From Candidatus Latescibacterota bacterium (GTDB lineage: Bacteria; Latescibacterota; UBA2968; GCA-2709665), in NCBI GenBank assembly GCA_965116875.1, contig OZ220733.1, forward strand, positions 1,824,001 to 1,888,000: a stretch of 64,000 bases of DNA. The letters run 5' to 3'. Both the position numbers and the translations under genes were made by a program. Under the pieces are notes generated by a model. The model was given only the letters and a program-made list of their open reading frames with translations, had not been told where the DNA came from and searched no databases. Of this stretch, positions 33,501-43,610 are shown in pieces; the first letter of the stretch is position 1, and every line of letters begins with the position of its first letter.

Positions 33501-36093
33501 GGTGACGTTTCCCGCGCCGCGACAGGGCGCGATTCTGGTCTCGGTGGAACAGGACAGTCGCATTCTGCAGACCCGATGGTACGAACCGGACGGTCGCCCG
33601 GACGAGTTTCGGGTAACGGTACCCATCACCGGGGATATGGCGCCCACCGCATACGTCGGCGTCTCCGTCCTCCAGCCGTACACCCAGACGATGAACGATC
33701 GACCGATTCGACTGTACGGCGTGGTTCCGCTCAATGTGAGCGATCCCCGTACCCGCCAGGAGATCACCCTCCGCATGCCGGGTGAACTCAGGCCCGAGAC
33801 CCGGTTTCAAATTCAGGTTGAAACGGGCGATGGTGAGCCGGCGCAGTTCACGCTGGCCGTGGTCGATGAGGGGCTGCTGGCGCTCACCGGGTTCGCCGCG
33901 CCGGACGCGTGGGAGTCGTTTTACAGGAAGCGTCGCCTGGGTGTGGTGACGCACGACCTGTATTCCCACGTGATCGGCGCCAACAAGGGAGACGTCTTCA
34001 GGACCTTTGCGGTGGGCGGCGGATTCGCGTACCGGTCCTCCCAGCTTGAGCCGGAACGCGCGAAGCGATTCAAGGCGGTATCGCTGTTCAGGGGTCCGAT
34101 CGAAACCGACGCAAAGGGACAGGCCACGGTTGACTTCGACATGCCCGACTATACGGGTTCGGTGCGGGTGATGGCCGTTTCCGCCCGCGGCGGACGATAC
34201 GGAAAAGCGGAGACGTCGGTTCCGGTGAAGACCGACCTGATGGTGATGCCCACGCTGCCGCGCGTGCTTGGCCCGGGGGATCGCATTACCGTTCCCGTAA
34301 CCGTATTCGCAATGGTCGACAGCATTGGACCGACCGTCGTTTCGATCACTGCCGAGGGCCCGGTTTCGGTTGACGGACCGGCGCGGCAGGAAATCAACTT
34401 TTCGACGTCAGGGGAGCGGGAACTCTCGTTTACGCTTCAGGCGGCTTCGGCAGTGGGGCAGGCCAGGGTGGTCGTCGCGGCGGAGGCGCCGGATATCGCC
34501 GCTGATCATGAGACAGACCTGAATGTTCGTCCATCGTCGCCCAGAGCGTACGCCGCGCAGGAACAGGACATCCGTCCCGGCCAGACGGTCCGTTTTACGG
34601 TCCCGGCCCGAGGAATGCCCGGTACCAATCGCGCCCGGGTGGTTCTGCGCCGGCATCCCGACTTCGGAATGACCCACAGGCTGCTCCGGCTGGTCCGGTT
34701 TCCGTACGGCTGTATCGAGCAGACGGTTTCGACCGCGTTTCCACTGCTGTACCTGAACACCTTCGTGGAAGGCGTGAAGTATGCCGGAGACGCAACGGTC
34801 CAGATCGACCGGTTTATCAATACGGCGATCCGAAAATTGAGGAAATTCAAGCTCGCCTCCGGCGGTTTCGCCTATTGGCCCGGCGCCAATACCGTCTCGA
34901 CCTGGGGTTCTCTGTACGCGGGCCACTTTCTGATTGAAGCGGCCAAACTGGGATACCACGTGCCGCAGGATCTGATGGCAAACTGGATCCGGTACGAAAA
35001 GTCGCGTTCGCTTACGGTCAAGGACGGTCTGATGGCGCGGGTCTATCGCGTCTATCTCCTGGCGGTGGCCGGCGAATACCAGATCGGCCCGATGAATCTG
35101 CTGAAGGAGACCGGGATCAAGGACATGAACGATACGCAGAAGTGGCTGCTGGCCGCGGCGTATCACCTGGCCGGCGTGGAGCGCACCGCGGCTCAAATCC
35201 TCATCCCGGCCGGAAAGCGCGTGGAGGAATACAGCGAATCGGGCGGGACCTACGGCTCAGGCATGCGGGATCTGGCGATCATTCTGAATACGCTGGTGAC
35301 GTTTGAACGCTGGTCGGAGGCGGACGAGGTCGCCAAAGAGCTGGGCGCGGCGCTCGCGTCTCAGAAGTGGTACAGTACCCAGACCACCGGGTTCATGCTT
35401 CTGTCCCTGGGAAAATACGTTCGGTCGCTCGACAGCGGGGAGGACGGTCCGCCCGTAATCGCGGGTACGATCCGCCTTCCGGACGGACGGGAGACGCCGT
35501 TTGAGACGGACCGGTCAGCCTACCACGTTGAGATCACAGAGGGCTTTGGCCGGGAGATGGCGGTGACACTGGATTCGACGTCGACCGTCAAGCGGGCGTT
35601 CGCAACCCTGGACTGGGACGGCGTTCCACTTACCGACGACGAGGGAGAGACGTCCGGCAAGCTGGCGCTGACGGTGGCATGGCTCGACGACGAGGGTGCG
35701 CCGGTCGATCCCGCCAGGCTGTCTCAGGGCGAGAACTTCTGGGGTCACTTTCGTGTGCGCAATCTGAGCGTCGTCCGAAACATCGAAGAGCTGGCGCTGG
35801 TCCAGGTGCTTCCGGCCGGATGGGAAATCGACAATCCTCGGCTGTCCGATCGGACGGCGCCGAATTGGACGAAGCGCCTGAATCTGAACCGGGAGGAGTA
35901 TATGGACGCACGCGACGACCGGATGATGTGGTTTTTCGATTTCAGGAGCCGAAGAGATCTGGATTTCGTGGTCCGGTTGAACGCCGTTACGGCAGGGTCA
36001 TTCAGGCTGCCCGCAACCGTTGTGGAAGCGATGTACGACCGATCCTACCGGGCGACGGCAGCCGGAAAGCGGGTTGTGGTAAAACGGAGATAG
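30571..36093 (+). CDS. Bacterial alpha-2-macroglobulin lipoprotein
   Basis: Lipobox LLAGC, TERGVYRPGD, AVVDEG, thioester PYGCIEQ, LPAGWEI, EAMYD; upstream of pbpC. Confidence 0.94.
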   Translation: MMTLNRIGAGRLLLFGVLLAGCASKRNESRTITYSPETARLVSHVTSDLIRAGDLIRVRFVSPVVPGDRVGQSPGKTVFTFAPRIAGTARWGDRRTLLFQPDAPLPFRRQYRGSLDLAALFPQRRDLRPLEFAFQVAGREIVSLNADFELCEKDDPRRVVYKGRVVFSEETSLEQVRRAGRLSLGREPLAMAWKADEEGYTFAFVSDPIARGTASRELRFSLDREGLEISRDYRDKRTVAPVTEMRIVKVEGREDERQPGLTVEMTDDVDPYQDLRGLIAVDPPMDIRISAAGRRIHVSGAFEHGRHYTFRVYPGIRSRWGSATATEHTETVQIPDLKPQIRFSEDGMILPTINRQRVRFRTVNVNRARLQIKQVFDSNLGQFLQRQNLKSGADRRREFSSWEVNRVGVGIVDTVLEIGQVRNRWLQHELDLNALLDPTEKGPLLLSLSYKHVDMLYGAPGEAEEARKQWRWNRGLWDYRSHPFSPGYINTYGRVFKPVIVGDIGLTYKKAHRRHLVYARDINSAAPMSGVAVTLRTFQNQVAGRGVTDRNGAVTIPGGERDVFYVEAEKDGQKSIIKCNEMAWNLSAFDTGGASSPPDGVRAFIYTERGVYRPGDEIHLSLIARNSEQTFPENHPVTLKLFNPRNQLVLERTARTGRDGFYAFSFRTESDDPTGNWRARLEVGSRTFDHTVKVETVAPYRLKVRIEPEKRKLTPDDEELRLVLASSYLFGNPAAGLGAEVTVDFSHEARQFDSYPGFSFTSDAVTYKPSRTSIFRGKLDAEGRAQVHWKLPVFGTEPSAVRVRIDATVLEKGGRPNRSRETLSLDPYVRYVGVRKPQFDYGYARLGSSLEIPVVLVNPQGEAAPGLPLEYRIYRSKMHWWWEYESRDQFRLKFKTDEYTEQIESGTLFSKTAPVPLVFTPEERGEYLIEVTDAAGHTAAFFMRAYPWGEAQADPKSAGMLALKTDRKAYTAGDSALVTFPAPRQGAILVSVEQDSRILQTRWYEPDGRPDEFRVTVPITGDMAPTAYVGVSVLQPYTQTMNDRPIRLYGVVPLNVSDPRTRQEITLRMPGELRPETRFQIQVETGDGEPAQFTLAVVDEGLLALTGFAAPDAWESFYRKRRLGVVTHDLYSHVIGANKGDVFRTFAVGGGFAYRSSQLEPERAKRFKAVSLFRGPIETDAKGQATVDFDMPDYTGSVRVMAVSARGGRYGKAETSVPVKTDLMVMPTLPRVLGPGDRITVPVTVFAMVDSIGPTVVSITAEGPVSVDGPARQEINFSTSGERELSFTLQAASAVGQARVVVAAEAPDIAADHETDLNVRPSSPRAYAAQEQDIRPGQTVRFTVPARGMPGTNRARVVLRRHPDFGMTHRLLRLVRFPYGCIEQTVSTAFPLLYLNTFVEGVKYAGDATVQIDRFINTAIRKLRKFKLASGGFAYWPGANTVSTWGSLYAGHFLIEAAKLGYHVPQDLMANWIRYEKSRSLTVKDGLMARVYRVYLLAVAGEYQIGPMNLLKETGIKDMNDTQKWLLAAAYHLAGVERTAAQILIPAGKRVEEYSESGGTYGSGMRDLAIILNTLVTFERWSEADEVAKELGAALASQKWYSTQTTGFMLLSLGKYVRSLDSGEDGPPVIAGTIRLPDGRETPFETDRSAYHVEITEGFGREMAVTLDSTSTVKRAFATLDWDGVPLTDDEGETSGKLALTVAWLDDEGAPVDPARLSQGENFWGHFRVRNLSVVRNIEELALVQVLPAGWEIDNPRLSDRTAPNWTKRLNLNREEYMDARDDRMMWFFDFRSRRDLDFVVRLNAVTAGSFRLPATVVEAMYDRSYRATAAGKRVVVKRR

Positions 36094-36122
36094 AAACCAC
36101 ACGGTTGCCAGCGCCATAATTT

Positions 36123-36226
36123 GGGCGCCCACAAGGGACGCCCCTACAATACCAAAAATCCACGAATGTATCTCTCTGGATTATGCGCCGATGTCGCATG
36201 CGTAGGGGCGTCCCTTGTGGGCGCCC
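36123..36226. repeat. REPIN-like inverted REP pair
   Basis: Same 25-mer as 28815 and its reverse complement, 54-bp spacer. Confidence 0.88.
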
Positions 36227-36304
36227 GGCGGATCGGATTGCCACCATGAGGCGGCGAGTACGGGACGTAAGATGAACCGACGATCGTTTTCAGGAGTTGC
36301 GAAT

Positions 36305-38710
36305 ATGTTTCGGAAGTGGCGGCGGAAACCGTCCGTGGGAGGAGGCCGTCGCGGGACCCTTCCCTCAAACGGCAGACTCGCGAAGTCGGGGGTCTTTCTT
36401 GCGCTGCTTCTCGTCCCCGCGGTGCTCTATATTTCCATACCCCTGCCGGACCCCCTCTTTGAGCCGGACTACAGCACGGTTGTACTCGACGAGCGGGGGC
36501 GGATCCTGCGGATGTTCCTGAATGGCGACGATCAGTGGTGTTTTCCCCACCAGGGGAACGCCGATGTTCCACTCGTCCTGGAGCAGGCGGTGCTCCTTTT
36601 CGAGGACCGTCGCTTTTACAAACATCCAGGTGTGGATCCGCTGGCGCTGTTCCGTGCCGTCTATCAGAATATCCGTTCCTGGAAGGTCGTGAGCGGCGCG
36701 AGCACGCTGTCGATGCAGGTTGCACGGATGGCGTCGCCCAGGAGAAGGACCTATCTCAACAAAGCCCTGGAGACGCTCCAGGCAATGAAGATCGAACTCC
36801 ATTATGACAAGAAGCAGATCCTGAACCTCTACCTGGACCACGCGCCTTATGGCGGCAATATTGTCGGCTACCGTGCGGCTGCCCAACGGTATTTCGGCAA
36901 GTCACCCGAACGGCTGACCTGGGGAGAGGCCGCCACGCTGGCGGTCCTTCCGAACGCGCCCGGGCTGATATCGCCTCTGGCCGACCCGGAAGAACTGCGG
37001 CTCAGGCGCGACCGGCTTCTGAAGCGGCTGCACAACGAGGGAGTGATGGACGCCGAGACCTTCGGCCTTACGAAGCTGGAGAAGGTCCCGGACGGCGCCA
37101 GGGGGTTGCCGATGGACGCCCCGCATCTGGCGCGGCGACTGGAGTCGCGGCATCGGAATACATATTTAAGGACAACCCTTCACAGGGATATTCAAAGGCA
37201 GAGCGCGGAGCTCGTCAATCGACACGTCGCGTTCATGCGGCAACGGGGCGTCCGAAACGGAGCGGCCCTTGTGGTCGATACCCGTTCAGGAAAGGTACGC
37301 GCGTACGTCGGATCCCAGGGATTCTTCGACGACCGGAACCAGGGTCAGGTGGATGGCGTAGCGGCCGCGAGGTCCTCCGGCTCGCTGCTCAAGCCGTTTC
37401 TGTTCGCCCTGGGCATCGACCGTGGCCTCTTGCTGCCCCGGACGCGGCTCCGGGATCTCCCCACCCACTACGGCGCTTTTTCCCCGGGAAACGCCGACGG
37501 GAGCTTCGCGGGTCTGGTGACGGCAAAGGAGGCGCTGGTCCGTTCCCTGAACGTGCCCGCGGTCCGGTTGCTTGACGCGTATGGAATGGACCCGTTTTTC
37601 AGGTTCCTGAAATCCGCCGGGCTGACCACGCTCATCCGGTCCCCCGGAGATTACGGTCTGCCGATGATTCTCGGCGGCGTGGAAGTCAGCCTGTGGGACA
37701 TGGCGCAATCCTACCGCGCGTTGGCCAACGGCGGCCGCTTCAGTCTACTCAAGGTCGTTGGCGGAACGCCCGACCCGGAGGGACCGGCGCTCATCAGTCC
37801 GGGCGCATGTTATCTGACACTCAACATGCTTCGAGACCTCAAGCGGCCAGGCGTGGAAACTTACTGGCATCAGTACCAGAACCAGTGGCCGATCGCGTGG
37901 AAGACGGGTACCAGTTACGGGAAACGGGATGCATGGGCGATCGGGGTGAGCCCCGAGTGGACAGTTGCCGTCTGGATTGGCAATTTCGGCGGCCATGGGA
38001 ACGCGGACCTTACGGGAGCGAGTGCGGCCGCGCCGCTCCTGTTCGACCTGTTCAACCTGCTGCCGAAGCAACGCGAACATGTCTGGATCGAAGCGCCGGT
38101 TGCGGGCCTGCGGGAGCTTCAGCTGTGCGCGCATACCGGATTCCGGGCGGGTATGCACTGCGAACGCCAGATTTCCGTGGAAGCGCCGCTGCATATGAAA
38201 CCCCTGCGGACCTGTCCCTATCACCGGACCCTTCAGGTGACGCTGGATGGAGGCCATCGCGTGTGCTCGCTGTGCTGGGAACCGGGGGACCGCCGTCCCG
38301 TAAGCCGGCTCGTGTTTCCGGCGGACGTCGCGCAGCATCTGCGGGAGCGGGGGCAGGTTCCGGGCATGGTTCCGCCGCACAAACCGGATTGCCCGGCCGG
38401 CGCCGGGTCCGATCCGTTGAAGATCGTCTATCCACATCATAACGCCAGACTGTGGCTGCCGAGAGACTTCGGCGGCGCACGGCAGAAGATCGCGATGCGG
38501 GTGGCCCACAGGGAGAAGAACCGCGTCCTGTATTGGTACCTGGATGACCGGTACCTGGGCAGCAGCCGCGGCAGGCACGTGAAAGCCGTGGATCTCTCGA
38601 AGGGATGGCACACGCTGAACGTCGTGGACGAGAGCGGAAACAGGGACCGGAAACGCTTCTTCGTCGACCTGAAACATCTGCGAATGTCAGCGAATCCTTC
38701 GTCGCCCTGA
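36305..38710 (+). CDS. pbpC: Penicillin-binding protein 1C
   Basis: EDRRF, GASTLSMQVAR, SLLK (SxxK), SLN, KTGTS, C-terminal beta domain; start approximate. Confidence 0.93.
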   Translation: MFRKWRRKPSVGGGRRGTLPSNGRLAKSGVFLALLLVPAVLYISIPLPDPLFEPDYSTVVLDERGRILRMFLNGDDQWCFPHQGNADVPLVLEQAVLLFEDRRFYKHPGVDPLALFRAVYQNIRSWKVVSGASTLSMQVARMASPRRRTYLNKALETLQAMKIELHYDKKQILNLYLDHAPYGGNIVGYRAAAQRYFGKSPERLTWGEAATLAVLPNAPGLISPLADPEELRLRRDRLLKRLHNEGVMDAETFGLTKLEKVPDGARGLPMDAPHLARRLESRHRNTYLRTTLHRDIQRQSAELVNRHVAFMRQRGVRNGAALVVDTRSGKVRAYVGSQGFFDDRNQGQVDGVAAARSSGSLLKPFLFALGIDRGLLLPRTRLRDLPTHYGAFSPGNADGSFAGLVTAKEALVRSLNVPAVRLLDAYGMDPFFRFLKSAGLTTLIRSPGDYGLPMILGGVEVSLWDMAQSYRALANGGRFSLLKVVGGTPDPEGPALISPGACYLTLNMLRDLKRPGVETYWHQYQNQWPIAWKTGTSYGKRDAWAIGVSPEWTVAVWIGNFGGHGNADLTGASAAAPLLFDLFNLLPKQREHVWIEAPVAGLRELQLCAHTGFRAGMHCERQISVEAPLHMKPLRTCPYHRTLQVTLDGGHRVCSLCWEPGDRRPVSRLVFPADVAQHLRERGQVPGMVPPHKPDCPAGAGSDPLKIVYPHHNARLWLPRDFGGARQKIAMRVAHREKNRVLYWYLDDRYLGSSRGRHVKAVDLSKGWHTLNVVDESGNRDRKRFFVDLKHLRMSANPSSP

Positions 38711-39008
38711 TCCGCAGCATCGCGACGCGGGACTTGAAAACCGGGTCTCTCTTTGCTATCTTGGAAAGCGGCGAGAGAATGGTGGGATATTCCCGGACGA
38801 ACCTTGATTCGTAAGTTTTCGTCGACGTTAAATCGAATATGTGCAAGTCGATAAAGGCGATTCAACTGCTGATTACCAGGATACATCAGGTCACAGGACG
38901 TGAACGGAACAAATGTCAGTTTGGACGACGTTACCACCCCGTTTCGTAGGATTGTATCACGACACCCGGTTGCTGTTTTTTTTGAATTGGGGCTAATCAC
39001 CAGAGACT

Positions 39009-39989
39009 ATGAAACCGCATACCGAACCGCCAGTTGAATCCAAACCTCCGGCCGCGGGCGCCGTCGACGTCTCCATCGTCATACCGCTCCTGAACGAAGC
39101 GGAAAGCCTCCGGCCCCTGATGGAACAGGTCCGGGAGGCCATGGCGGCATCCGGGCGCAGTTTTGAGACGATTTTTATAGACGATGGCAGTACCGATGGC
39201 TCCATCGGGATTCTGGAGGAACTCCACCGCGTCAACGACCAAGTCAAGGTCATTCAGTTCCGCCGTAACTTCGGCAAAGCAGCGGCTTACGTCGCGGGAT
39301 TCGAAATGGCGGCGGGCCGGACGATCATCACGATGGACGCCGACCTTCAGGACGATCCGGCGGAGATCCCCCGCCTGATCGAAAAAGTAGAGGGCGGCGT
39401 CGACCTGGTTTCAGGATGGAAGAAGAAGCGCTTCGACCCCCTCAGCAAAACCATCCCTTCCAGATTCTTCAATTGGGTCACCGGCCGGATTTCAGGCATT
39501 CCGATTCACGATTTCAACTGCGGCCTCAAGGCCTTCCGCGGCGAGGTGGTGCGAGACATCAAGATATACGGAGAACTCCATCGGTACATCCCCGTTCTGG
39601 CCCACATGGAAGGCTACCGCGTCGACGAAATCGTCGTACAGCACCGCCCGCGCCGTTTTGGCGTGACGAAGTACGGGTGGACGCGTCTGCTCAAGGGCTT
39701 CCTCGACCTGCTTACCGTCATGTACCTGGGGCGATACATCGGTCGTCCGCTGCACCTGTTCGGCACGATCGGTATCGTACTGAGCACGCTCGGCGTTGGC
39801 ATAAACGGCTTTATCGCGGCGTTATGGTTCCGTACGGGGACGATTCAGCACCGGCATCCCCTCCTCTTTCTGGGAATTCTTCTGTCCGTGCTGGGGGTTC
39901 AGTTCCTCTGCACCGGCCTCCTGGCGGACATGATTACGCGACAGACGCTTCCGAACGAAAAATACAACGTGCGGAAAATTCTTGGCTAG
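39009..39989 (+). CDS. GT2 glycosyltransferase (polyprenol-phosphate/ArnC-like)
   Basis: DDGSTD, RNFGKAAA, DADLQD, HDFNCGLK, two C-terminal TMs. Confidence 0.92.
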   Translation: MKPHTEPPVESKPPAAGAVDVSIVIPLLNEAESLRPLMEQVREAMAASGRSFETIFIDDGSTDGSIGILEELHRVNDQVKVIQFRRNFGKAAAYVAGFEMAAGRTIITMDADLQDDPAEIPRLIEKVEGGVDLVSGWKKKRFDPLSKTIPSRFFNWVTGRISGIPIHDFNCGLKAFRGEVVRDIKIYGELHRYIPVLAHMEGYRVDEIVVQHRPRRFGVTKYGWTRLLKGFLDLLTVMYLGRYIGRPLHLFGTIGIVLSTLGVGINGFIAALWFRTGTIQHRHPLLFLGILLSVLGVQFLCTGLLADMITRQTLPNEKYNVRKILG

Positions 39990-40032
39990 CTTTGTTCACG
40001 CCGGAAAAATGAGGCCGGGACGTGGAAACACA

Positions 40033-40065
40033 AAGCGACAGGCCATGACACATGGCCTGTCGCTT
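40033..40065. terminator. Perfect 15-bp hairpin, likely terminator between convergent units
   Basis: AAGCGACAGGCCATG-aca-CATGGCCTGTCGCTT. Confidence 0.75.
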
Positions 40066-40095
40066 GCGATTTGCCGCCGGGTGCCGAGTCCTGGC

Positions 40096-40266
40096 TCAAA
40101 ATGCCAGGGGCATTCCATGGATCTGCGGCCGGCCCATCACGGCCTGATCGTGCCGGCGTACCGCGCGCCGCAGCTCTTCCGATCGCTTCTCGTTACCCTT
40201 GATTGCATAATAGAGTGCCAGAAACGCCAGGCGGTCGCGCGGATTCAGTGCTGTATTGAGAGCCAT
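40096..40266 (-). CDS. Putative 56-aa small protein of unknown function
   Basis: Manual translation MALNTALNPRDRLAFLALYYAIKGNEKRSEELRRAVRRHDQAVMGRPQIHGMPLAF; GAGG upstream; flanked by a sigma54-like site and a hairpin. Confidence 0.55.
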   Translation of the reverse strand: MALNTALNPRDRLAFLALYYAIKGNEKRSEELRRAVRRHDQAVMGRPQIHGMPLAF

Positions 40267-40331
40267 TTCGGGGCCTCGTATGTATAGGGGTGAGAGAAAG
40301 ACATGGGTGTGTGTTCATCAGCTATAGATAT

Positions 40332-40347
40332 AGCGAATATCGTGCCA
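40332..40347 (-). promoter_or_regulatory. Sigma54-like -24/-12 promoter
   Basis: TGGCACGATATTCGCT with GG-N10-GC spacing. Confidence 0.55.
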
Positions 40348-40519
40348 AGCATTGAAATAGAAGCCACGATTTCGTCTTTTCAGCCGGTTATGGGTGTTTT
40401 TCTGATTTTGACTGAAAGCGAGAGCGCGTCGTGCGGGGTAAAAAGTGTTCAATTTCGCCACACAGTGTGAAAAATCTGGCGTAATCCGCCAGTACATTAA
40501 GAGCAGCTATCGGCAAAAA

Positions 40520-40645
40520 GCGGGTAGACGTAAGCCGGTAGACGGGAGAGATTGCCTGCCCCGTGAGTTTTCTTCTCGCGCCGGAGGCAAAGAGGAAGAA
40601 CATACCGGGCACGGATTTCTTCTACCGTCTTCCGTCTCACCTCTC
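40520..40645. repeat. Diverged inverted copy of the 128-bp repeat
   Basis: Reverse complement contains TGCCCGGTATGTTCTTCCTCTTTGCCTCCGGCGCGAGAAGAAAACTCACGGGGCAGG. Confidence 0.75.
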
Positions 40646-40779
40646 CCGGCTTTTCGAAAACGGCAAGTGAATAGGGGACGTTTGGGGGTGGCGAAGGTTC
40701 CAACTCAAGGTAGCGGAAACGCGGGCGCTTCGACATTTCCACAAGCGCTGCGCAAACAACGCTGGGAGGTGGAGACCAT

Positions 40780-42066
40780 ATGCTGGATCTGAACCGGATT
40801 CGGGAGGACCCCGGGAGCGTCAGACGGGCGCTGTTGAAACGCATGGACGCGGTGGATTTTGCGGACTTGCTCCAGTGGGACCAGGAGCGGAGGGCCCTGA
40901 TCGCCAGAATCGGGGGCCTGCGCGAACGACGAAACAAGGTCTCCGCACGGATTCCACAGATGAAGAAGGCGGGCACGGACACAGCCGATATCCAGAATGA
41001 AATGAAGGCGGTTTCCGGGAACATCCGGACCCTCGAGGCGGAGCTGTCCGAATTCGAACACCGTATCGGGAGCTTTCTGGAGGTACTGCCCAATATTCCG
41101 GCTGAAGACGTCCCTGCGGGCGGAAAGGAAAACAACGAGGTCGTTCGCGTCTGGGGTGAGAGGCCGGAATCGGCGGACGGCGCCAGAGACCACGTCGACC
41201 TGGTTACGTCGCTGGGGCTGATCGACTACGAGCGTGGGGTGAAAATGGGCGGCGCCGGCTTCTGGCTCTACCGGGGCGACGGCGCCCGCCTCGAGTGGGC
41301 GCTCCTGAACTACTTCGTTGAAACGCACCTCGCCGACGGGTACGAATTCGTGCTGCCGCCGCACCTGCTCACCTATGACTGCGGTTACACGGCCGGGCAG
41401 TTTCCAAAATTCGCTGACGACGTGTTTCATCTCACGCGGGAGAGCGAAAAGGAGTCCCGGTTTCTGCTGCCGACGTCGGAGACCGCATTGATTAACTTCC
41501 ATCGGGACGAAATCCTTCCCGAGGCCAATCTGCCGCGGAAGTACTTTTCCTATACACCCTGCTACCGCCGGGAGGCCGGCAGTTATCGCGCCCAGGAGCG
41601 CGGCATGATTCGGGGGCACCAGTTCAACAAGGTCGAAATCTTCCAGTTCACGCGACCTGAAGACTCGGACGGCGCCCTGGAGGAATTGATCGCAAAGGCC
41701 GAAGGCCTGGTCCAGGGCCTGGAGCTGCACCACCGGGTATCCAAACTGGCGGCCCAGGACGCCAGTGCGGCCATGGCAAAGACGTACGACATCGAGATCT
41801 GGATTCCGAGCATGGGAGAATACAAGGAAGTCAGTTCGGCATCCAACGCGCAGGACTATCAGGCCCGGCGGGGCCGCATCCGGTTCAAACGCGCCGAGAC
41901 CGGGCGGAATGAATTCGTACACACGCTCAACGCATCGGGCCTGGCGACCAGCCGTCTGATCCCGGCCATTGTGGAGCAGACCCAGCGACCCGACGGTTCG
42001 GCAGTCATTCCTGAGGTACTCCGCCCGTATATGGGCGGCCAGGAAATCCTGGAGCCTGTCGCATGA
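40780..42066 (+). CDS. serS: Serine--tRNA ligase
   Basis: MLD start, LLPTSE, CYRREAGS, HQFNKVE, EVSSASN, HTLNASGLA. Confidence 0.97.
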   Translation: MLDLNRIREDPGSVRRALLKRMDAVDFADLLQWDQERRALIARIGGLRERRNKVSARIPQMKKAGTDTADIQNEMKAVSGNIRTLEAELSEFEHRIGSFLEVLPNIPAEDVPAGGKENNEVVRVWGERPESADGARDHVDLVTSLGLIDYERGVKMGGAGFWLYRGDGARLEWALLNYFVETHLADGYEFVLPPHLLTYDCGYTAGQFPKFADDVFHLTRESEKESRFLLPTSETALINFHRDEILPEANLPRKYFSYTPCYRREAGSYRAQERGMIRGHQFNKVEIFQFTRPEDSDGALEELIAKAEGLVQGLELHHRVSKLAAQDASAAMAKTYDIEIWIPSMGEYKEVSSASNAQDYQARRGRIRFKRAETGRNEFVHTLNASGLATSRLIPAIVEQTQRPDGSAVIPEVLRPYMGGQEILEPVA

Positions 42067-42114
42067 ACCTCTCCCCCCTCACCTGTGAGGAGAGGGGGGA
42101 AACCCAAAAAAAGC

Positions 42115-42139
42115 GGGCGACCACAAGGGTCGCCCCTAC
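42115..42139 (-). repeat. GTAG-type REP, single copy
   Basis: Exact reverse complement of 19228-19252. Confidence 0.8.
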
Positions 42140-42204
42140 AAATGCAACATCGTTATGGATTGCCGCGAGGCATTCCGGACCGCGGTTCCGATGTTCGTCG
42201 CGTA

Positions 42205-43599
42205 TTACAGTCCGAGAATCCGGTCGGCGGTTTCCATCGCCTGTCTGACGCAGTCGGGTACGGAGGAACCCCGATAGGCGCTGCCCGTCAGGTAAAGGCC
42301 CGGATGTTCGCCGGCGAGCGATTCCAATTCCGCAACCCGGTCCAGGTGTCCCACGTCGAACTGGGGCCTACCCTTCCGCCAGCGGTGAACCCGGGCGAAC
42401 AACGGCTCGGCGGTCAGCCCCATCACGTGTTCGAGATCTTCACGCACGGCGCGTACGAGCATCTCGTCGGGCATCTCGACCGCGTCTTCCTGTTCGTCTC
42501 TACCCACGAATCCCCGGATCAGCACCCCGTCATCCGGCGCCCGGTGGTCAAGCTTTGACGACACCCAGGTACATCCCGTGATCCGGCGCCCCTCCGATCC
42601 GGGGACCAGGAAACCGAACCCGTCAAGATCATGCTGGGCCAGGACCTCCGCTTTCCGATAGGCGAGAGACACCGTCCCCGAGGACACGTACCTGATCTGC
42701 CGGAGCCCGGCCGACAGTAGCGGCGCCATACCTTCCAGCAGATCGGCCACCGCAAACGCGGGCGCGGCCAGGACGACGGCGTCGGTTTTCAGCGCGTCCC
42801 CACCCAGGGTAACCTCGAATCCGCGTTCGAGCCTCGCCAGGCCCGTCACGGGACAGTTCGTCCGCAGGTCTCCTCTCAAGCGGTCCACGATCGCCTCAAC
42901 GAGTTCGCCGAGGCCCCCGATCAGGGTCTGGAACATCGGCGGCGCCTGCCCTGCGTCGCCTGCCGACCTGCGCAGGTTCCGGCCGGCCCGCACCGCCTTG
43001 ATCAGGCTGCCGTACTTGCGCTCCATTTCCGCAAACTGCGGAAACGTGGCCAGCAGACTCAACCGCTCCGGATTCGCCCCGTGAATGCCCGCCAGCATCG
43101 GTCCTCCGATCTTGTCCAGGGCTTCCTGTCCCAGGCGTCGGCGGACGAATGACGCGAGGCTCTCGTCGTCCGTGGCGTTGCGGGGCTTGACGAACCGGTC
43201 CATTCCCATCCGCAGCTTGCCGCGAACCGAGAAGAGCGGGGAGCGCGCGATCGGCATGAAGCTTGTGGGCACCAGGGTGAAGTCCTCCGGAAACGGGACC
43301 AGGTTTCGTCCCTGCGCCAGGAAGGTCTTCCGCCGGTCCTCGTTCGGCGCAATCAGGCGATCCTCGAGGCCCAGGTCCGCGCAGAGCCCGATTCCCCAGG
43401 GTTTTCGCGTCAAAAGCAAATCGGGTCCACCCTCGATGGTGAACCCGTCGATCCGCTCGGTCAGAATCTCCCCGCCCCATCGCCCAGAGGCCTCGGCCAG
43501 CGTGTACTCCACGTGGATGCCGTGCGACTCAGCCTTCTCCTGCAGATAAAAGGCGGTTGCCAACCCGGCAATCCCCCCGCCAGCGATGGTCACGTGCAT
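42205..43599 (-). CDS. hemY: Proto/coproporphyrinogen oxidase (HemY/CgoX family)
   Basis: GGGIAGL FAD motif, [22 protein letters not shown]; in hemE-hemH operon. Confidence 0.92.
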   Translation of the reverse strand: MHVTIAGGGIAGLATAFYLQEKAESHGIHVEYTLAEASGRWGGEILTERIDGFTIEGGPDLLLTRKPWGIGLCADLGLEDRLIAPNEDRRKTFLAQGRNLVPFPEDFTLVPTSFMPIARSPLFSVRGKLRMGMDRFVKPRNATDDESLASFVRRRLGQEALDKIGGPMLAGIHGANPERLSLLATFPQFAEMERKYGSLIKAVRAGRNLRRSAGDAGQAPPMFQTLIGGLGELVEAIVDRLRGDLRTNCPVTGLARLERGFEVTLGGDALKTDAVVLAAPAFAVADLLEGMAPLLSAGLRQIRYVSSGTVSLAYRKAEVLAQHDLDGFGFLVPGSEGRRITGCTWVSSKLDHRAPDDGVLIRGFVGRDEQEDAVEMPDEMLVRAVREDLEHVMGLTAEPLFARVHRWRKGRPQFDVGHLDRVAELESLAGEHPGLYLTGSAYRGSSVPDCVRQAMETADRILGL

Positions 43600-43610
43600 A
43601 ATGGCACCTT

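Noticed and set aside
30571-38710. A2M-pbpC pair as a novel system
   Set aside because: A well-known conserved pairing (yfhM-pbpC type) with a canonical CxEQ thioester.
40204-40221. Second sigma54-like sequence (TGGCACTCTATTATGC, minus strand)
   Set aside because: GG-to-GC spacing is 11 rather than 10, and it lies within the small ORF.
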